A DNA stretch of 64,000 nt from Camelus dromedarius (GCF_036321535.1 NC_087436.1:63490001-63554000); one strand, 5' to 3'; positions 41,171 through 54,918 are shown, counted from the stretch's first letter. The notes: generated by a model from the letters alone, not told the origin. A program made the numbers and translations.

Positions 41171-42249
41171 TTATTCAGAAAGCGATAAAATGCATTCTGA
41201 AAGGGAATGCCAAGAGCAGATTTGCATTTTATAAAAATCATCCTGGTGGCAGTGGGGAGGAAGTTGAAATCAGAGACAGGAAAAAAAAAAAAAAAAGCTC
41301 GGCTGGTAAGGTACTCTTGCCCTGAGTTGATGGTGGGCTGAGAGAAAGTTGGCAGTAGGGGTAGAAAGAAGTGACAAGTTCACCAACGAGTTAGGACTAG
41401 AATACAGGAGATTTGGTGATTGAAAGCGCAGAGCAAAGAGGAGGAAGGGTATGAGCTGAAACTTAGGTTTTTAATAAACTGGATGGTTCTTAGTGTCATT
41501 CAATTAAATAGAGAACAAAACAGGTCAGGGAGGCAGGTTAAGTTTGAAAGATCTGTGGGAAAGTTAAGTGACACTATTTAGGATTTGGTTGTATCTGTGG
41601 GCCTGGAGCTCAGGACAGAGTAGGAGCTAGAGACAGATTTACGGCATCAGCGTAGGAACAGTATTTGAAATGGGAGCAGTTGAGTCCCCTCAGGGAGGCA
41701 TAGCCTGAGAAGAGCTTGGAAAACGCATAGGAAATATAGCCATAATTTCACTTAAAGTGCTTTGTGCAATTTAGGAGAAAAAAATGTATAAACTTTAATT
41801 GACTAAGAGAAGACTGTCTCATACCTAGAGTTGAAAAAGGAGTCAGTTACAGTAAATAAAGGTCGTGAGTCCAGTGCCGTCCAGAGCCTGCCAGCATGTC
41901 GTTTCCTCTGTCTGGAAAGCCACTGCTTCAACTCCCGAAGAATTCCTACTCTCCTCATACTTCAAAAACTAATTTATATGTGACAGCTGATGTGCAAGGC
42001 ACTCAGGCTATTGTGGAGAGCGAGATAGACAAGGTCCTGCCTTTATGGACTTCACAGGAGAAAACTGGTTTTGAAAAAGTCATTATCATTGTGTCAGGTG
42101 ACTAAAGGGAATTCTCTAACCCCTGTGAAGAGACAGACACACTGCCCCTTCCCTTGAGTTACCTCTCTGCTGTGTACCATTATAACAATTGTAACGTTGT
42201 GCTGTATGTATCTTTATTTGCATGTTTTCTTGTATTTTGCATGCACATC

Positions 42250-42866
42250 CAGATTGTTGCTTTCAGAGCATAAATCCTAGTATATTCCTCCTCTGCTCAA
42301 AATACCTCACTCATAGTGAAAGCCAGAGTCCTTAAAATAATCTGTAGCACTCGTCCCTTGTTACCATTCTGACCTCGTCTCCTACTTCTCTCTCCTTTGT
42401 TCATACTAATCCGTTGACACTGGCTTCTTGCATTAAACACATAGCAAGAGTTTGGCCTGGTCTATCTCAACCTTTTTTCTAGCAGTTCCCTCTGCTTAGA
42501 ACTCTCTTTCTCAAGATATCTGCTTGGTTAACACCCTTACTTCCTTCAAGTCTTTCCAAAGCCTTGACCTGCTCAGTGTGGATTTCCTGACTAGCCTGAT
42601 TAATACTGTGCACTGGCTCTCACTCCTCCCCATATTCTAATGCCCTTTAATCTATTACAATTTTTCTACAGCACTTTTTACCATGTAATAAACTGCACAC
42701 TTTACTTATTATTGTTTTTGTTCCCTGTTTGTCTACCGCTCTACCACCAAAAAATAAGTCCCGTAAGGGCAGGAATATTTGCCTCTTTTGTCACCGTTTT
42801 TCTCTAAGCACCTACAACAGTGGCTGGCATCTGATAATAAAGTGCTTAATAAATAGTAGTGAATGA
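42250..42866 (+). mobile_element. L2a-type 3' portion
   Basis: 'cctcctctgctcaaaa...gtgaaagccagagtcctta...gttccctctgcttagaac...cacctacaacagtggctggca...gtgcttaataaatagtagtgaatga'. Confidence 0.8.
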
Positions 42867-43905
42867 CAGACAGGGTTCTCCCAAATACACTGGGAGCTCC
42901 TTGAGAACAGACACCATATTTACTTGCCTTTGTATCCAGAGCATCTGCCACAGCACCTGGTATCTGTGAGGCTCTCCAAACAATCCTTTCAGAGTAAATG
43001 AATTGATGCATGATTATAGCTTTAGCCCAGAGTAGTTTTACCATATGTGATAGTTGTTTAGAATATGTGAAAATTTTATTTGACATTTTATAAAGTGTCA
43101 GGAGTCAGGATGAAAAGATATCAGGGTTCTAAATTTGTATATCATCAAGAAGAGATGGAAAAGAAAATTTCTTTAAGGATATGATGCCATTTCTTCAGTT
43201 AAGACAGTTTGAGTATTGAAAAGGAATTTCAACCAAATCTAGAATAGAGCAAAATGTGAGTAAAAGCCTAATGTAGTGTCCAGGCTATGTGGTTCATTGG
43301 ATCCCCAGAATTTATTCATCTTATAGCAGGAAGTTTGTACCCTTCGACCAACATCTCCCTGTTACTGCCACCACCTTTTGGCAACCACCATTTTACTATT
43401 CCTGTGAGTCTGGCTTTTTTTTGGTTTCCACATATAAATGAGATTATACAACATTAGCCTTTCTCAGTCTGCCTTATCTCACTTTGCACAAAGCCCTCAA
43501 GGTTCATCCATATTTGTAGCAAATGGCGAGATTTCCTTCTATCTTGTGGCTGAATAATACTCCATTGTGTTTGTGTGTGTGCGCACGCCCATGCCCATTC
43601 ATCTTTAAAGAGACACTCAGTTTTTTCAATATCCTGGCTATTGTGAATAATGCTGCAGTGAACATGGGAGTGCAGATATCTCTTCATGACCCTGATTTGA
43701 TTAAGTTTGGGTATATACCCAGGAGTAGGATTGCTGGATAATGGTAATTCTGTTTTTAATTTTTGAGGCACCTCATACTGTTTTCCATTGTAGATGCACC
43801 AATTACATTTCCACCAACAGTGCACAAGAGTTCCCTTTGTCCACATCCACAAGGACACTTGTTACCTTTTTTGATAATAGATGTGAGGTGATATCGCATC
43901 GTGGG

Positions 43906-44255
43906 TTGTTTTTTTTTTAATTTTAACCATTTTTTAAATTGAAGTGCAGTTAATTTACAATGTTGTGTTAGAGTCAGGTGTATGACAGAGTGATTCAGTT
44001 ATACATATATATATCTCTATTCTTTTTCAGATTCGTTTTCATTATAGATTATTAAAAGATATTGAATATAGTTCCCTGTGCTATAAGTAGGTCTTTTTGT
44101 TTATCTGTTGTATATATAGTAATGTGTATATGTTAATCCCAAACTCCTAATTTATCCCTTCCCCACCCCTTGCTTTCCTCTTTGGTAACCATAAGTTTGT
44201 TTTCTATGTCTGTGAGTCTGTTTCTGTTTTATAAATAGGTTCATTTATATCATTG
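43906..44255 (-). mobile_element. Artiodactyl-type L1 3' UTR fragment nested in the older L1
   Basis: Poly-T followed by 'aattgaagtgcagttaatttacaatgttgtgttag...gatattgaatatagttccctgtgctata'. Degenerate TSD tcgcatcgtgg (about 43894) and tctcattgtgg (about 44272). Confidence 0.8.
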
Positions 44256-44450
44256 GTAAATCAATACATTCTCTCATTGTGGTTTTTATTTGCATTTCCC
44301 TGATGATTAATGATGTTCAGCAGCTTTTCACATAGCTATTGCCATTTGTAGGTCTTTGGGAAAAAAATCTCTTCAGGTTCTTTGCCAACTTTTTAACCAG
44401 ACTGTTTCTTTTTCTTCTACTGCCTATAGTTTGCAATATTGTAATATATA

Positions 44451-44652
44451 CAGTGTCCCTCAGTATCTGCAGGGGATTGTTTCCGGGTCCTTCTGTGGAT
44501 ACCAAAATCCAAGGATGCTCAAGTCTCTTGCAATCAGCCCTCAGTATCCACTGGTTCCACATCTGCAGATTCAATCAACTACAGGTGAAAATATTATTTG
44601 ATCAGCAGTTGATTGAATCCACTGATGCAGAACCCACAGATATGGAGGCCTA
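44451..44652. mobile_element. MER2/Tigger2-derived MITE (TcMar-Tigger)
   Basis: TA-flanked. Left end 'cagtgtccctcagtatctgcaggggattg...ggataccaaaatccaaggatgctcaagtc'. Right end 'gttgattgaatccactgatgcagaacccacagatatggagg'. Confidence 0.85.
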
Positions 44653-45145
44653 TACTTGAAAGTTACTTACACATGTTATATAGTAATCATCTCAATAAAC
44701 TGGAAAAAATATGTGAAAAGGCTATTGCATCAGACAGTAGATATGTTCTGTAAGGATAAAGGGTTGAATAAGTAAGTGTACTTGGACATAAATGCTACCC
44801 AAATACAATACTACAAAAAGTGTAAATGGATCTGCAGAATTGAAAAAAAAAAGTGCTTAGAAAATCATACTGTTGGCAATTTTTAAAATCCACTTTTCTC
44901 ACTACAGAAGTAAATGAAACCTGGAAATTTTGGAGTATTTTGAAAGAGAAAAGTTCTGATTTATATGGAAAGGATTTTTTTAATTGTTGGAGGAATAAGG
45001 GAAAGCACTTAATTTTCTGTTTGAGAGTCCATAAAAATGGATTACAGTCACTATATAAAAGAAAAATTTTGAACAGAAATTAGAAAGAGGAAGATTTCTA
45101 ACAATGGCATTTCATTTGCTTTATTAAGTAATAGAAGGGATAGAC

Positions 45146-46600
45146 TTTTTATTGAAGTGTAGTCACTTTACAGTGTGTGTCAATTTCTAGTGTACAGCGT
45201 AATGTTTCAGTCATACATATACATACATATATTTGTTTTCATATTCTTTTTCACTTTAGGTTACTACAAGATATTGAATATAGTTCTCTGTGCTATACAG
45301 AAGAAATTTGTTGTATATCTATGTTATATATAGTAGTTACTATCTGCAAATCTCAAACTCCTGATTTAGCCCTTCCCACACGCTTTCCCCTGGTAACCAT
45401 AAGTTCATTTTCCGTGTCTGTGAATCTGTCTATGTTTTGTAAATAAGTTCATTTGTGTCTTTTTTTTTTAAGATTCCACATATGAATGATACCACATGGT
45501 ATTTTCCTTCTCTTTCTGGCTTACTTCACTTAGAATGACAATATTCGAATCTATTCATGTTGCTGCAAATGTCATTATTTTACTTTTTTTCACTGAGTAG
45601 TATTCCATTTTATAAATATACCACAACTTCCTTATCCAGCCAACTGTCAAAGGACATTTAGGTTGTTTCCATATCTTGGCTATTGTAAATAGTGCTGCTA
45701 TTAATTTTAAGGTGCATGAACTCTAATTCTCTTTTCAAATTAGAGTTCCCTCCAGATATATGCCCAGAAGTGGGATTGCTGGATCACATGGTAAGTCTAC
45801 TTTTAGTTTTTTGAGAAATCGCCATACGATTTTCCATGATGGCTGAACCAAACTACATTCCAACCAGCAGTATGGGAGGGTTCCTTTTCTCCACACCCTC
45901 TCCAGCATTTATCGTTTGTGGACTTATGAATGCTGGCCATTCTGACTGGTGTGAGGTGACACCTCATTGTTTTGATTTGCATTTCTCTGATAATTAGCAA
46001 TATTGAGTATTTTTTCATGTGCCTGTTGGCCATTCATATGTCTTCACTGGAGAATTGTTTGTCTTCTGCACATTTTTGGATCAGATTTTTTTTGTTATTA
46101 AGCTGTGTGAACTGTTTATATATTCTGGAAATTAAGCCCTTGTCTTGCATCATTTGCAGGTGTTTTCTCCTATTCCATAGGTTGTTTTGCTTTGCTTATG
46201 GTTTCCTTTTCTGTGCAAAAGTTTATAAATTTAATTAGGTCCACTTGTTTATTTTTGCTTTTATTTCTATTGCCTGGGTAGACTGCCCTAGGAAAACATC
46301 GCTAAGATTTATGTCAGAAAATATTCTGCCTATGTTTTCTTCTAGATTTATAGTGTCTTGTCTTATCTTTAAGTCATTAGGCCATTTTGAGTTTATTTTT
46401 GTGTATGATGTGAGGGAGTGTTCTAACTTCATTGATTTACATGCAGCTGTCCTGCTGTATCAACACCACTTGCCAAACAGGTCATCTTTTCTCCATTGTA
46501 TATTTTTGCCTCCTTTGTCAAAGATTAATTGACCATAGGTGTGTGGGTTTATTCTTGGGCTCTCTATTCTGATCCATTGATCTATATGTCTGTCTTTGTC
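45146..46600 (-). mobile_element. 5'-truncated camelid-type L1 (about 1.45 kb)
   Basis: Same 3' UTR family as 6793. ORF2 fragments [33 protein letters not shown]...[11 protein letters not shown] and MKLEHSLTSYTKINSKW. Confidence 0.92.
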
Positions 46601-47559
46601 AGCACATCTTTTCACCTGTATACACACACATACTTACAGATAAATGTACTCCAGAGGAAGACCCTTAGGCAGAGGTGAGGAAAGACAAATATGTATTAAC
46701 AGACATTTTCACAAATACAAAACAACATGATGTGTGAGTACATAAAGAAGCGTCATGTATACAAGTGCACAAGTTAATAGCAGTACATACAGAGAGAAAG
46801 CCAAACATTTGTAGAAAGCCCAGTAAATGATAGACTGTCCATAATTTATAAAGGGAATAAAGATTGGTGATCAATTTCCAGGGCAAAAATATGAGCAAAT
46901 TTGAGAAACTATCAATAATGGAGAAGTTATTTATGGAATAATTTTAGGAAAAAGAAAAATAAATGTGGAACACTGTCAGAGACTTTGCCTGTTACGAGGA
47001 CACTATTTCAGAGAAGCCAAAGCCCATGGAGTGAGCAGTGTTAAGGGACAAGTGTTTCTGTATTCCAGGAGAGTAAAGAGCTACGTAAGTAAAGCTTTTT
47101 TCTTTTAATTCTATTGGTAACAAAAGAAAAAGATGAATAAAGAACTAAAAAAAAAAAAGCAAACAGATAGTAATGTATGGTATCATTTCTTTTATTCTCT
47201 TTTCTTAAAAAATAAAAAATACTATAAGCTAGAAACATTTTGCAATATTTATGACAATACAGTATGTCCCTGGCATTTGCTGTGTGCTTGGAATAATAGC
47301 AATCAACAAGATAGATGGAGTCATCCACGTGTATCATCTGTGTGTACCTTATTGCAGAATTCTTTGTCCATAGCAGCATAGCCATTGTGTCTATAAGTAT
47401 ATTTACACTCTGGAATTAATGCTAGGTACTTTGAGCTTATCAGACTTTTATGAAAGACCCACATTCTTAGTTTCTTTTATGTTTTCCTCTTCTTGATAGG
47501 TTCAAAATATTAAATACCTCATCTGTCTTTCAAGTTATCTAATGGCATGTTTTATTTTG

Positions 47560-48075
47560 GCGTAATATGAGTCACCCTCTTTCTAGCCCCCAGTAATAGA
47601 ATCCTTCCTATTCACTATCCAGTTACAAAATACATAATGTCGTTTTTTGATATATCAAGACCCTCTTCCTGGTCTCAACTTCTGTATCAGTCAGGAGGGG
47701 GATAAGCCATTCTGCAATTACCAACAAACAAAATACTACAGTGACTTAAAACTACGAGGTTATTTCTAGCTCACACTGTGTGCTTACTGGGCGGTAAGGA
47801 GGATCAATTTATTTCAGTCACTTAAAATATCAGGCTGACAGATTCTGTATTTCAACACTGCTTTAACGTTCAGACATTGGGGAAAAGACATCATGAAAAA
47901 CCACACACTGGCTCTTAACGTTTCTGCCTGGAAGTGACACCTGTTACTTGCATTCATATTTCATTGGTCAAAGCAAGTTATCTTTCCATCCTGGAGTTCA
48001 AAAGCATGGGAACATATAATCTCACTTCAGGAAGAACCTCAAATATCTCTTTGAAAATTGATACAGTCTACCACA
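47560..48075 (-). mobile_element. MLT1J-type LTR (47683-48075) with an adjacent internal-region stub
   Basis: TG...CA ends 'tgtatcagtcagg' and 'cagtctaccaca'. Contains 'ttctgcctggaagtgacac...atttcattggtcaaagcaagtta'. The flank 'ctcttcctggtctcaacttc' resembles the start of a MaLR internal region. Confidence 0.7.
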
Positions 48076-51000
48076 TCTGACTTTCCTACACAGCAAGCCC
48101 TGCACATTCACCTTGTCTCTTCAATTACTCACTCCATATATGACTTTCTAAAAACTGGTCTGACCCTCTGTTTTAATAATTCATTAACTCTCTCCTCTCT
48201 AGTTTACTAGTCTAAGATTGTTGCTGGATTCTCATCAGTACATGTTTCCTAAATTTTTGTTTACTCCACAGTCTTGTCCCTTTTCAGCCTCTGCTCCTTT
48301 AGATCTCACTTGCTGAAAAATTTCTGACCTTCTCCTCCATCCTTTTTCCTGAGAATGTATCCTTAAGTATCATAGCAGAGACCATACTACATGTTTTACA
48401 AATTTCTCTTTCATTTCTTTGTTCCTGGACACAAAGGAAGACTAGACTTTCTAGGTTTGGTATGTGTGACTGGGTTGAGGGTCTGTGCTGGAGTTTTGAC
48501 AGATGACCTACAGGTTTCCCCTGCTCTGCTCTTTGAAAGTAGAAGCCTTCCCATGAAACCTCTTTTAAGCTGAAATGGCATAAACTGAAGAAGCAATTAC
48601 CTTAGGACACATCTTGATAATGGATGCAGGAAATAAATTGAGATAAAAAAGCATAGATGCTCACACAGTGTAAAGCCGTGGCGACTTGATGCTGAGAGGC
48701 TGAGTGTAGTTTCTGAGGAAGGAGCTGGGTGGTGTCACTCTCTGTCAGGACGCATGCTGCCTCTGTAATGGCTTGCTGGACAACAAATGCGAAATGCTAC
48801 TTTCATTCTTTATTTTTCTTAAAAGTGAAAATTCTCCTTTGGGTTAGCAAAAATGGGTATTAATGTAGGTCTTCCATAAAAGCGAAGTAACATGAAGCAA
48901 ACTTTAAAAAGCAGGGGATATTTGCAGGACATAGTGTATTTGGAAGCTTAGTTCTAAACATCCTGTATTGGTGACACTAGAATAAGTATTTACGAAAGCA
49001 ACACCATAGAATGGAAAGCACCTTGTGTTACCATATGAGGATTGATTCCAAGGAAAGCCACTATGGCTACATTGCTCACAGTATGAACAATAAATCTATG
49101 TGGTCATCATTCACTGAGATTTCAGTTCATTTGTTACTGCAGTATAAACTACCCTAATTGTGACTATTAAAAATGTGAAAATAAACGAAGAGATAAAAAG
49201 TGGTTGCAATGAAAATACCCATGAAAAAGAAGCAGCAACATGTTACTTGGTTAAATTAAAATTATTCTAAATTTTATAAAATTTAATCTTTTAAATGTAA
49301 AATTGATGATGTGTTAAGATAATCAGTGTGGAAAAACAAAATTAAACCTAAGTTGTTAGTTTCAGGGAAATAATACTTGAATGAAATGTAGAGAGAGGCA
49401 CAGTTATTTTCCCTTATAGAAATCAAGAAATATCTAATATTCCAAAGAATTTCAGTTTCTATTGAGATACTTTATATGTACAGATTTCGCCCTGGTTTCA
49501 AATTATTCAAATTTTTTTCCCTAAGCCGAGCTGATCACTGATATCTCAGAATTATTCTCTCAAGTCAGTTATCCTGTAGGTCCTATCAAAAATCCATTAT
49601 GTATAGTTAATCTTAATACTAAATCTGATTTCAAAGAATATGTGATAAAGAGTCTCAAACAAATTACAGACAGTTGCTGAGCTTGACTTAATTTAGACTG
49701 AGTTAAAAAACATCTGATTCTCACTCTGCATTGCAGTGTTCAGAACAACCTCATTCCCTTATAACCTCACCATTTGCAGTCTTCTCCCTTCGGCTTTCCA
49801 CACATGCATAACTTCTATACCCCAGCACCGCTTATCACCTGAAGCTCATTACAATTACCATTTAATGTTTCCTTTATTCAAGAACATTCTTGTATCCAAG
49901 TAATTATACCAATTTTCACTTAAAAGTAATTTGTTCCCTCTTTAGCTCTTTAAATTCCAAATTGTGCTTCCATCATTGGGATGCAAATTTTCAGCTTAGG
50001 ATCATGTATGACCCACTGCTAGACAAATATAAAATTTTAATCAATAACATCACAGTTTTGGCATTGAAATTCACTTTAGAAATCATTTAAAACAATCTGT
50101 CACCCAACCACGTCCCAGAGCGTGAGGTCTACCTTTTTCTTGACACAGTTCCAGGATGGGAACCTTGCCACTTTTTAAAAGAAACCTACTCTATGATTAG
50201 TAATATGGAATGTTTCTACTTAATACTTCTACCAGATTATCCAAATTCTGTCTTTGGTAACAAAAGGAAATAACTCTACTCTGTTCTTTACAAAATAAAT
50301 TTGAAAATATTTTCACAATAGCTTTTCACTTCATTTCCTACATTTTATCCTATGAAGTAAAAAGGCATACATTCAGGAACGCATGGCTTGTTTGTTTCTA
50401 TTATTCATTCTGTATATGGAATTAATGTCATATCCATTTTCATTCAAGTTTTTCAGTGTCACCTCTAAATGACAGAGCAATGACGACTGTGATAGATAAT
50501 TATTATAATAATGATAGCTAAATTTCTTGCACATTTCAAGGTGTTATTGTACTACATATTTTATATATATCATTTCACTTTGTTCTCAAAAAGTTGTGTT
50601 GCCCCAAAGTTCATAGGTTGAAGCCATAGCCACCAATATGACAATATTTGGATATAGGGCCATTAAGAAGATAAGGTTAAATGGCTTAAAAAGTCCATCC
50701 ATGTGGTATGAAGTATCTGAAAGTAACAATATCAACAAGTTTGTTACAAAAGAAGGAAAGAACCACTCTGGTATTGCCCAATTTAGAAAAAGTGAGAAAA
50801 GCACCCATTTTGAGTAGCAAGCAATGTGGCATATGTAGGCAAGATGGGAATAAACAGGGACAGGGGACAACTGAAGATATGTTTGCTTTAAATGAATTCC
50901 CAAATGCAGAATAAAAATAAAGATTGTCTTCCAACATCTCAACAATATTATCAATATTATTAAAATCTCTATCAGCTTTTGAATTCATAAAATGATCCAA

Positions 51001-51704
51001 TAATTTTGTTACATTTTCCTTTCCCCCACAGTTTATAAAGTTGACTAGTCAAGAGTTTAGAGCCAAAGGCAGTCTATTTGTATTGGTCTCATGGACTCAT
51101 CATCTACCAGCACTGTGACCATGAGTTTACTTAAATATTTTGCACTTAAGTTTTGATTTTTATAGAAAGGGAATATCACAGTATACCTTAAGGGAATAAT
51201 GCATTAAACAATTTAATATATACAAAAGGCTAACAAAACAGTGTCTGACAAATAAAGTTATCTCTTTTTTTAAATGCCCATCTCACCTTCAGTAGGAAAT
51301 CCAAACACTTTCAACATCTATAAAATCTATGAGCATCTTGATCTTCTAAGTGCCTCTTGCCTGAACTTCTTGTTTTAATGGATTCTGATTTCTCTTCACA
51401 TCTTTCCTTCCACAATCTTTTTTCACTCCAATTAACCCCATGAAAGATAACACCACAGTTCTTGTATTAAAAAAAGGGGAAAAATAGTTATTGTATTAAA
51501 AAAAGGAAAAAAAAGTTTTGCTGAAATTTTAGGGAATCGAAGTGAGATTATCACATTGCAAAGTAGCAAGCTGAAACCCAAATAAAAATGCTAGATATAT
51601 TATTCCAGAAATAAATTTACTGTACCTGTTATACTAAATGTATGTATCCTTATCCCTCCTTAAGTCTCAGGCTTGCCCTGGTCATGTGCAATCTCTTATC
51701 ATTA

Positions 51705-52171
51705 GCCTGTTGAAGTGAACTGACTGCAGTAACAGCCTCCCATACTTCCTATAAACATGTCCTTTGTTAGTATCTTCCCACAGTTCCTCTAGGCCAGGCC
51801 ACATGACACGCCCTGGAAAGTAGCAATTATGAAGCAAGTGGAGACTAAGGGCTTGTGTGTGGAGGCTTGCCTTACGGCTATGACAGTAACTACAACTCTC
51901 CACATAAATAGGCACTGGTTAGCCTTCTGGAAAGAAGCCTCAGTCATCCCAGCCTCCCTAGCTGAAGCTATGATAAATCACCAGCCCTATTCAACATATC
52001 AGCTCACGAATGATACATGAGCAAGTTCAGGCAAGATCAGCCCAACCTGGCCTAGAAAATGCCTATCTGAACTCAACGCTAACATCCAGTCTTCAGAATA
52101 TAAACACACAGTTCCTGTTTTAGGCATTTAGGTTTCAGAGAAGCATGTTATTCAGCAAATGTCAGTGGACA
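51705..52171 (+). mobile_element. Old MLT1 (G/H-type) LTR
   Basis: 'gcaagtggagactaagggcttgtgtgtgg...gatacatgagcaagttcaggcaagatcag...ctgttttaggcatttaggtttc...tgttattcagcaa'. Confidence 0.6.
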
Positions 52172-52395
52172 AACCACCTTCTGCACACTTTTCTAATTCT
52201 TAATATGCATAACACTCCAGTTCGCCAATACCCTCCAATACAAAGAAGGCTCTGAGTTGATCTATGTTGGTATAAAACCTTATTAAAGTCCTCTGGTAAA
52301 GAAGAGCCATCTATCCCATGGCTTTATGCTTTAACAACACAAAGAATTAACAGAAGCATTGAAACTAAATTTTACATTTAAATATAAGATTCTTA

Positions 52396-53289
52396 CTCTT
52401 TTCCGTAATGGCTGCACTAAACTACATTCCCATCAGCAGTGTAGGAGGGTTCCCTTTTCTCCACACCCTCTCCAGCATTGATTGATTGTGGACTTTTGAA
52501 TGATGGCCATTCTAACTGGTGTGAGATGATACCTCATTGTAGTTTTGATTTGCATTTCTCTGAAAATTAGTGATATTGAGCATTTTTTCATGTGCCTGTT
52601 GGCCATTTGTATGTCTTCACTGGAGAATTGCTTGTTTAGGTCTTCTGCCCATTTTTGGGTTGGGTTGTTTGCTTTTTTTTTTTTTTATTAAGTTGTATGA
52701 GCTGTTTATATATTCTGGAGATTAAGCCCTTGTCAGTTGCATCATTTGCAAATATTTTCTCCCATTCTGTAGGTTGTCATTTTATTTTGCTTATGGTTTT
52801 CTTTGCTGTGCAAAAGCTTATATAAGTTTAATTAGGTCCCATTTAAAATAATGCCATTTACAGCAACATAGTTGGACCTAGAGATCATCATTCTAAGTGA
52901 AGTAAGCCAGAAAGAAAGAAAAATATATGATATCACTCATATGTGGAATCTAAAAAACAAAGAAGAAGAAGAAGAAAAAAGGACACTATGAACTCATCTA
53001 CAAAACAGAAACAGACTTGCATAGTAAACAATATTATGGTTACTGGGGAAAGAGGGTGGGAAGGGGTAGATTTGGGAGTTTGAGATTTACAAATGTTAAA
53101 CACCATATATAAAAATAGATTTTAAAAAAGTTTCTTCTGTATGGCACAGAGAACTATGTTCAATATCTTGTAATAACCTTTAATGAAACAATATGAAAAT
53201 GAATATATGTATGTATATGCATGACTGGGACATTGTTCTGTACACCAGAAATTGATGCATTGTAACTGACTACTTCAATTAAAAAAAAT
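52396..53289 (+). mobile_element. Young camelid-type L1 with 5' inversion (minus 52396-52844, plus 52845-53289)
   Basis: Orientation switch at about 52844/52845, A-tail at 53281-53288, TSD GATTCTTA at 52388-52395 and 53290-53297. Confidence 0.9.
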
Positions 53290-54918
53290 GATTCTTAGGC
53301 AAGGTTCACATTTCCAGTAATCTCTATAAGTAGAATTAATGTAGAGAAATTTGTTTTCTATAGAGAAAATTTCCTCAGTCATATATTTGTTTTTATTATT
53401 TGAATTTGATTTCTCATAAGGTATCCCTATATCTAAATTAATTTATAATATTTCTTATTTTTGTTTATCACTTGTGCAATTACTTGAAAAACTTTGGTGG
53501 ATAATATTAAGTTATAGTTTCCATGGCTTCCAAAGCTTAGCTGTCCCATCTCTAATGCAGAAAAAAATCAACTAATTTTTCTTCAAAATACCAAGAAAAT
53601 GTAAGCTCAAACTGCCTATTTGAAGCTATGTTCTAAATGAAGAAGAATAAATGTTAAACAAAATAGGTCTTTGTTTTTGGATGGCATTTTAAAAGGACTT
53701 CATGCAATTTTACAAAGAAACGCTACGAATGAGCAGCTATTATGAAGTTACACATGGCATTGGCTGGAGACACCAAGGAGTCATATGTACATGGATTCAG
53801 CCAGCCCAATTAGAAAGTATGCTCAGTTTCTTTTAGACATCACAGCTGGATGCAAAGGACTAATAAGGTAATCTATTATTTCAAGATGTGCACTGACAAT
53901 CATAATTTTATTCTTTTACATTCTGTCTGCAGCATAGGTAACCACTAGAATGTTGGGAGAATAAATGTGAACTATAACAGAAAATGGGGGCACATGGCTA
54001 GTACAATTCAGGAGGAAACATGGCTGGTCCTCATTTCTGGACTTAGTTTTCTCTCCTGTACACACTATTTCAAGCTGTGCCACTAGCAGCCTAATTCAGA
54101 TCTATTGACCTGTAAATAAAATTACATATTTGACCATTAAATTAACAAAGTAGATTAACTTTTAATGATGGCATTACTCATTATACTTTGAAAAAATAAA
54201 AATCTTTATTAAAATACAAATCTCATTCCACATTGACTTCTTGTTAAATGGGCATTTTGAACCAGATTATCCTTTGGTTGCCAAGGAATGCTGAAATTGC
54301 TGCATGCTATGAATCATTGTCTGAAATAAAATGACAAAAAAATTATATAATAACTCCATATGGCTTTTTCTTTGACTTATTTGATATAGGCCAAATTCTT
54401 ACAATTTTCTCAATTAAACATCTCAAAATAAATTCTATTTAAAGAACCTACAAAAGTAACCTTGCAAATTCAATATAGGAATGTATGGTAATGGGTAGTT
54501 AAGAACATTCTGTGAATAATTAATACTCCTTTGTTGGTTGATGATTTATCTAGAAAGTCAAAAATAGAATTAATAAAATGTCAAGTTCCAGAAAAAAAAG
54601 TAAGGGTATATAATTTTGACATGTCAGGATACATAATGTAGATTTTCACAGAGCTTTAATATTATCTTGTATTTTAAAGGTATTCAGTTAATTTATTTAA
54701 ATAATGTTAAAATTAGATAGCACTATTATTTGAAATACACCTGAGGCTAGAAATGAGAATTCTTTGTTTTAATTCTAGTCTGCCACAAAGTAAATTTGTA
54801 TTTGTATGATAATGATATTGATGACTTATCATTTATTATAATTTTAGAAGAAAATATAATAGCTGAGAAGAAATCTTAATCATAGGCCATTAATTATTCA
54901 GATCATATTTAGACTTTC

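Larger units (their letters stand above)
40130..41720 (-). mobile_element. L2 fragment interrupted by MER53 and an MLT1 LTR
   Basis: L2 terminus 'tcattcaacatccagcagtaaatatttgagc'. Resumes at 'gagcagatttgcattttataaaaatcatcctggtggcagtg...ggcctggagctcagga'. Confidence 0.6.
43289..44708. mobile_element. Old L1MA-type insertion with 5' inversion (minus about 43289-44415, plus about 44420-44708)
   Basis: The minus block encodes ORF2-like KGTLVHCWWKCNW. The plus block 'tgcctatagtttgcaatattgtaata...tacttgaaagtt...atctcaataaactggaaaaaa' is the L1 3' terminus. Confidence 0.7.

Noticed and set aside
45095..45150. Second 3' transduction beside the 45146-46600 L1 (minus-strand AATAAA at 45120-45125)
   Set aside because: No downstream A-tail and no matching TSD were found. 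AATAAA is common in AT-rich DNA.
51462..51514. Short direct duplication ttgtattaaaaaaagg, and the (AATGT)n-like run at about 58021-58060
   Set aside because: These are simple slippage-type local duplications with no sign of function.
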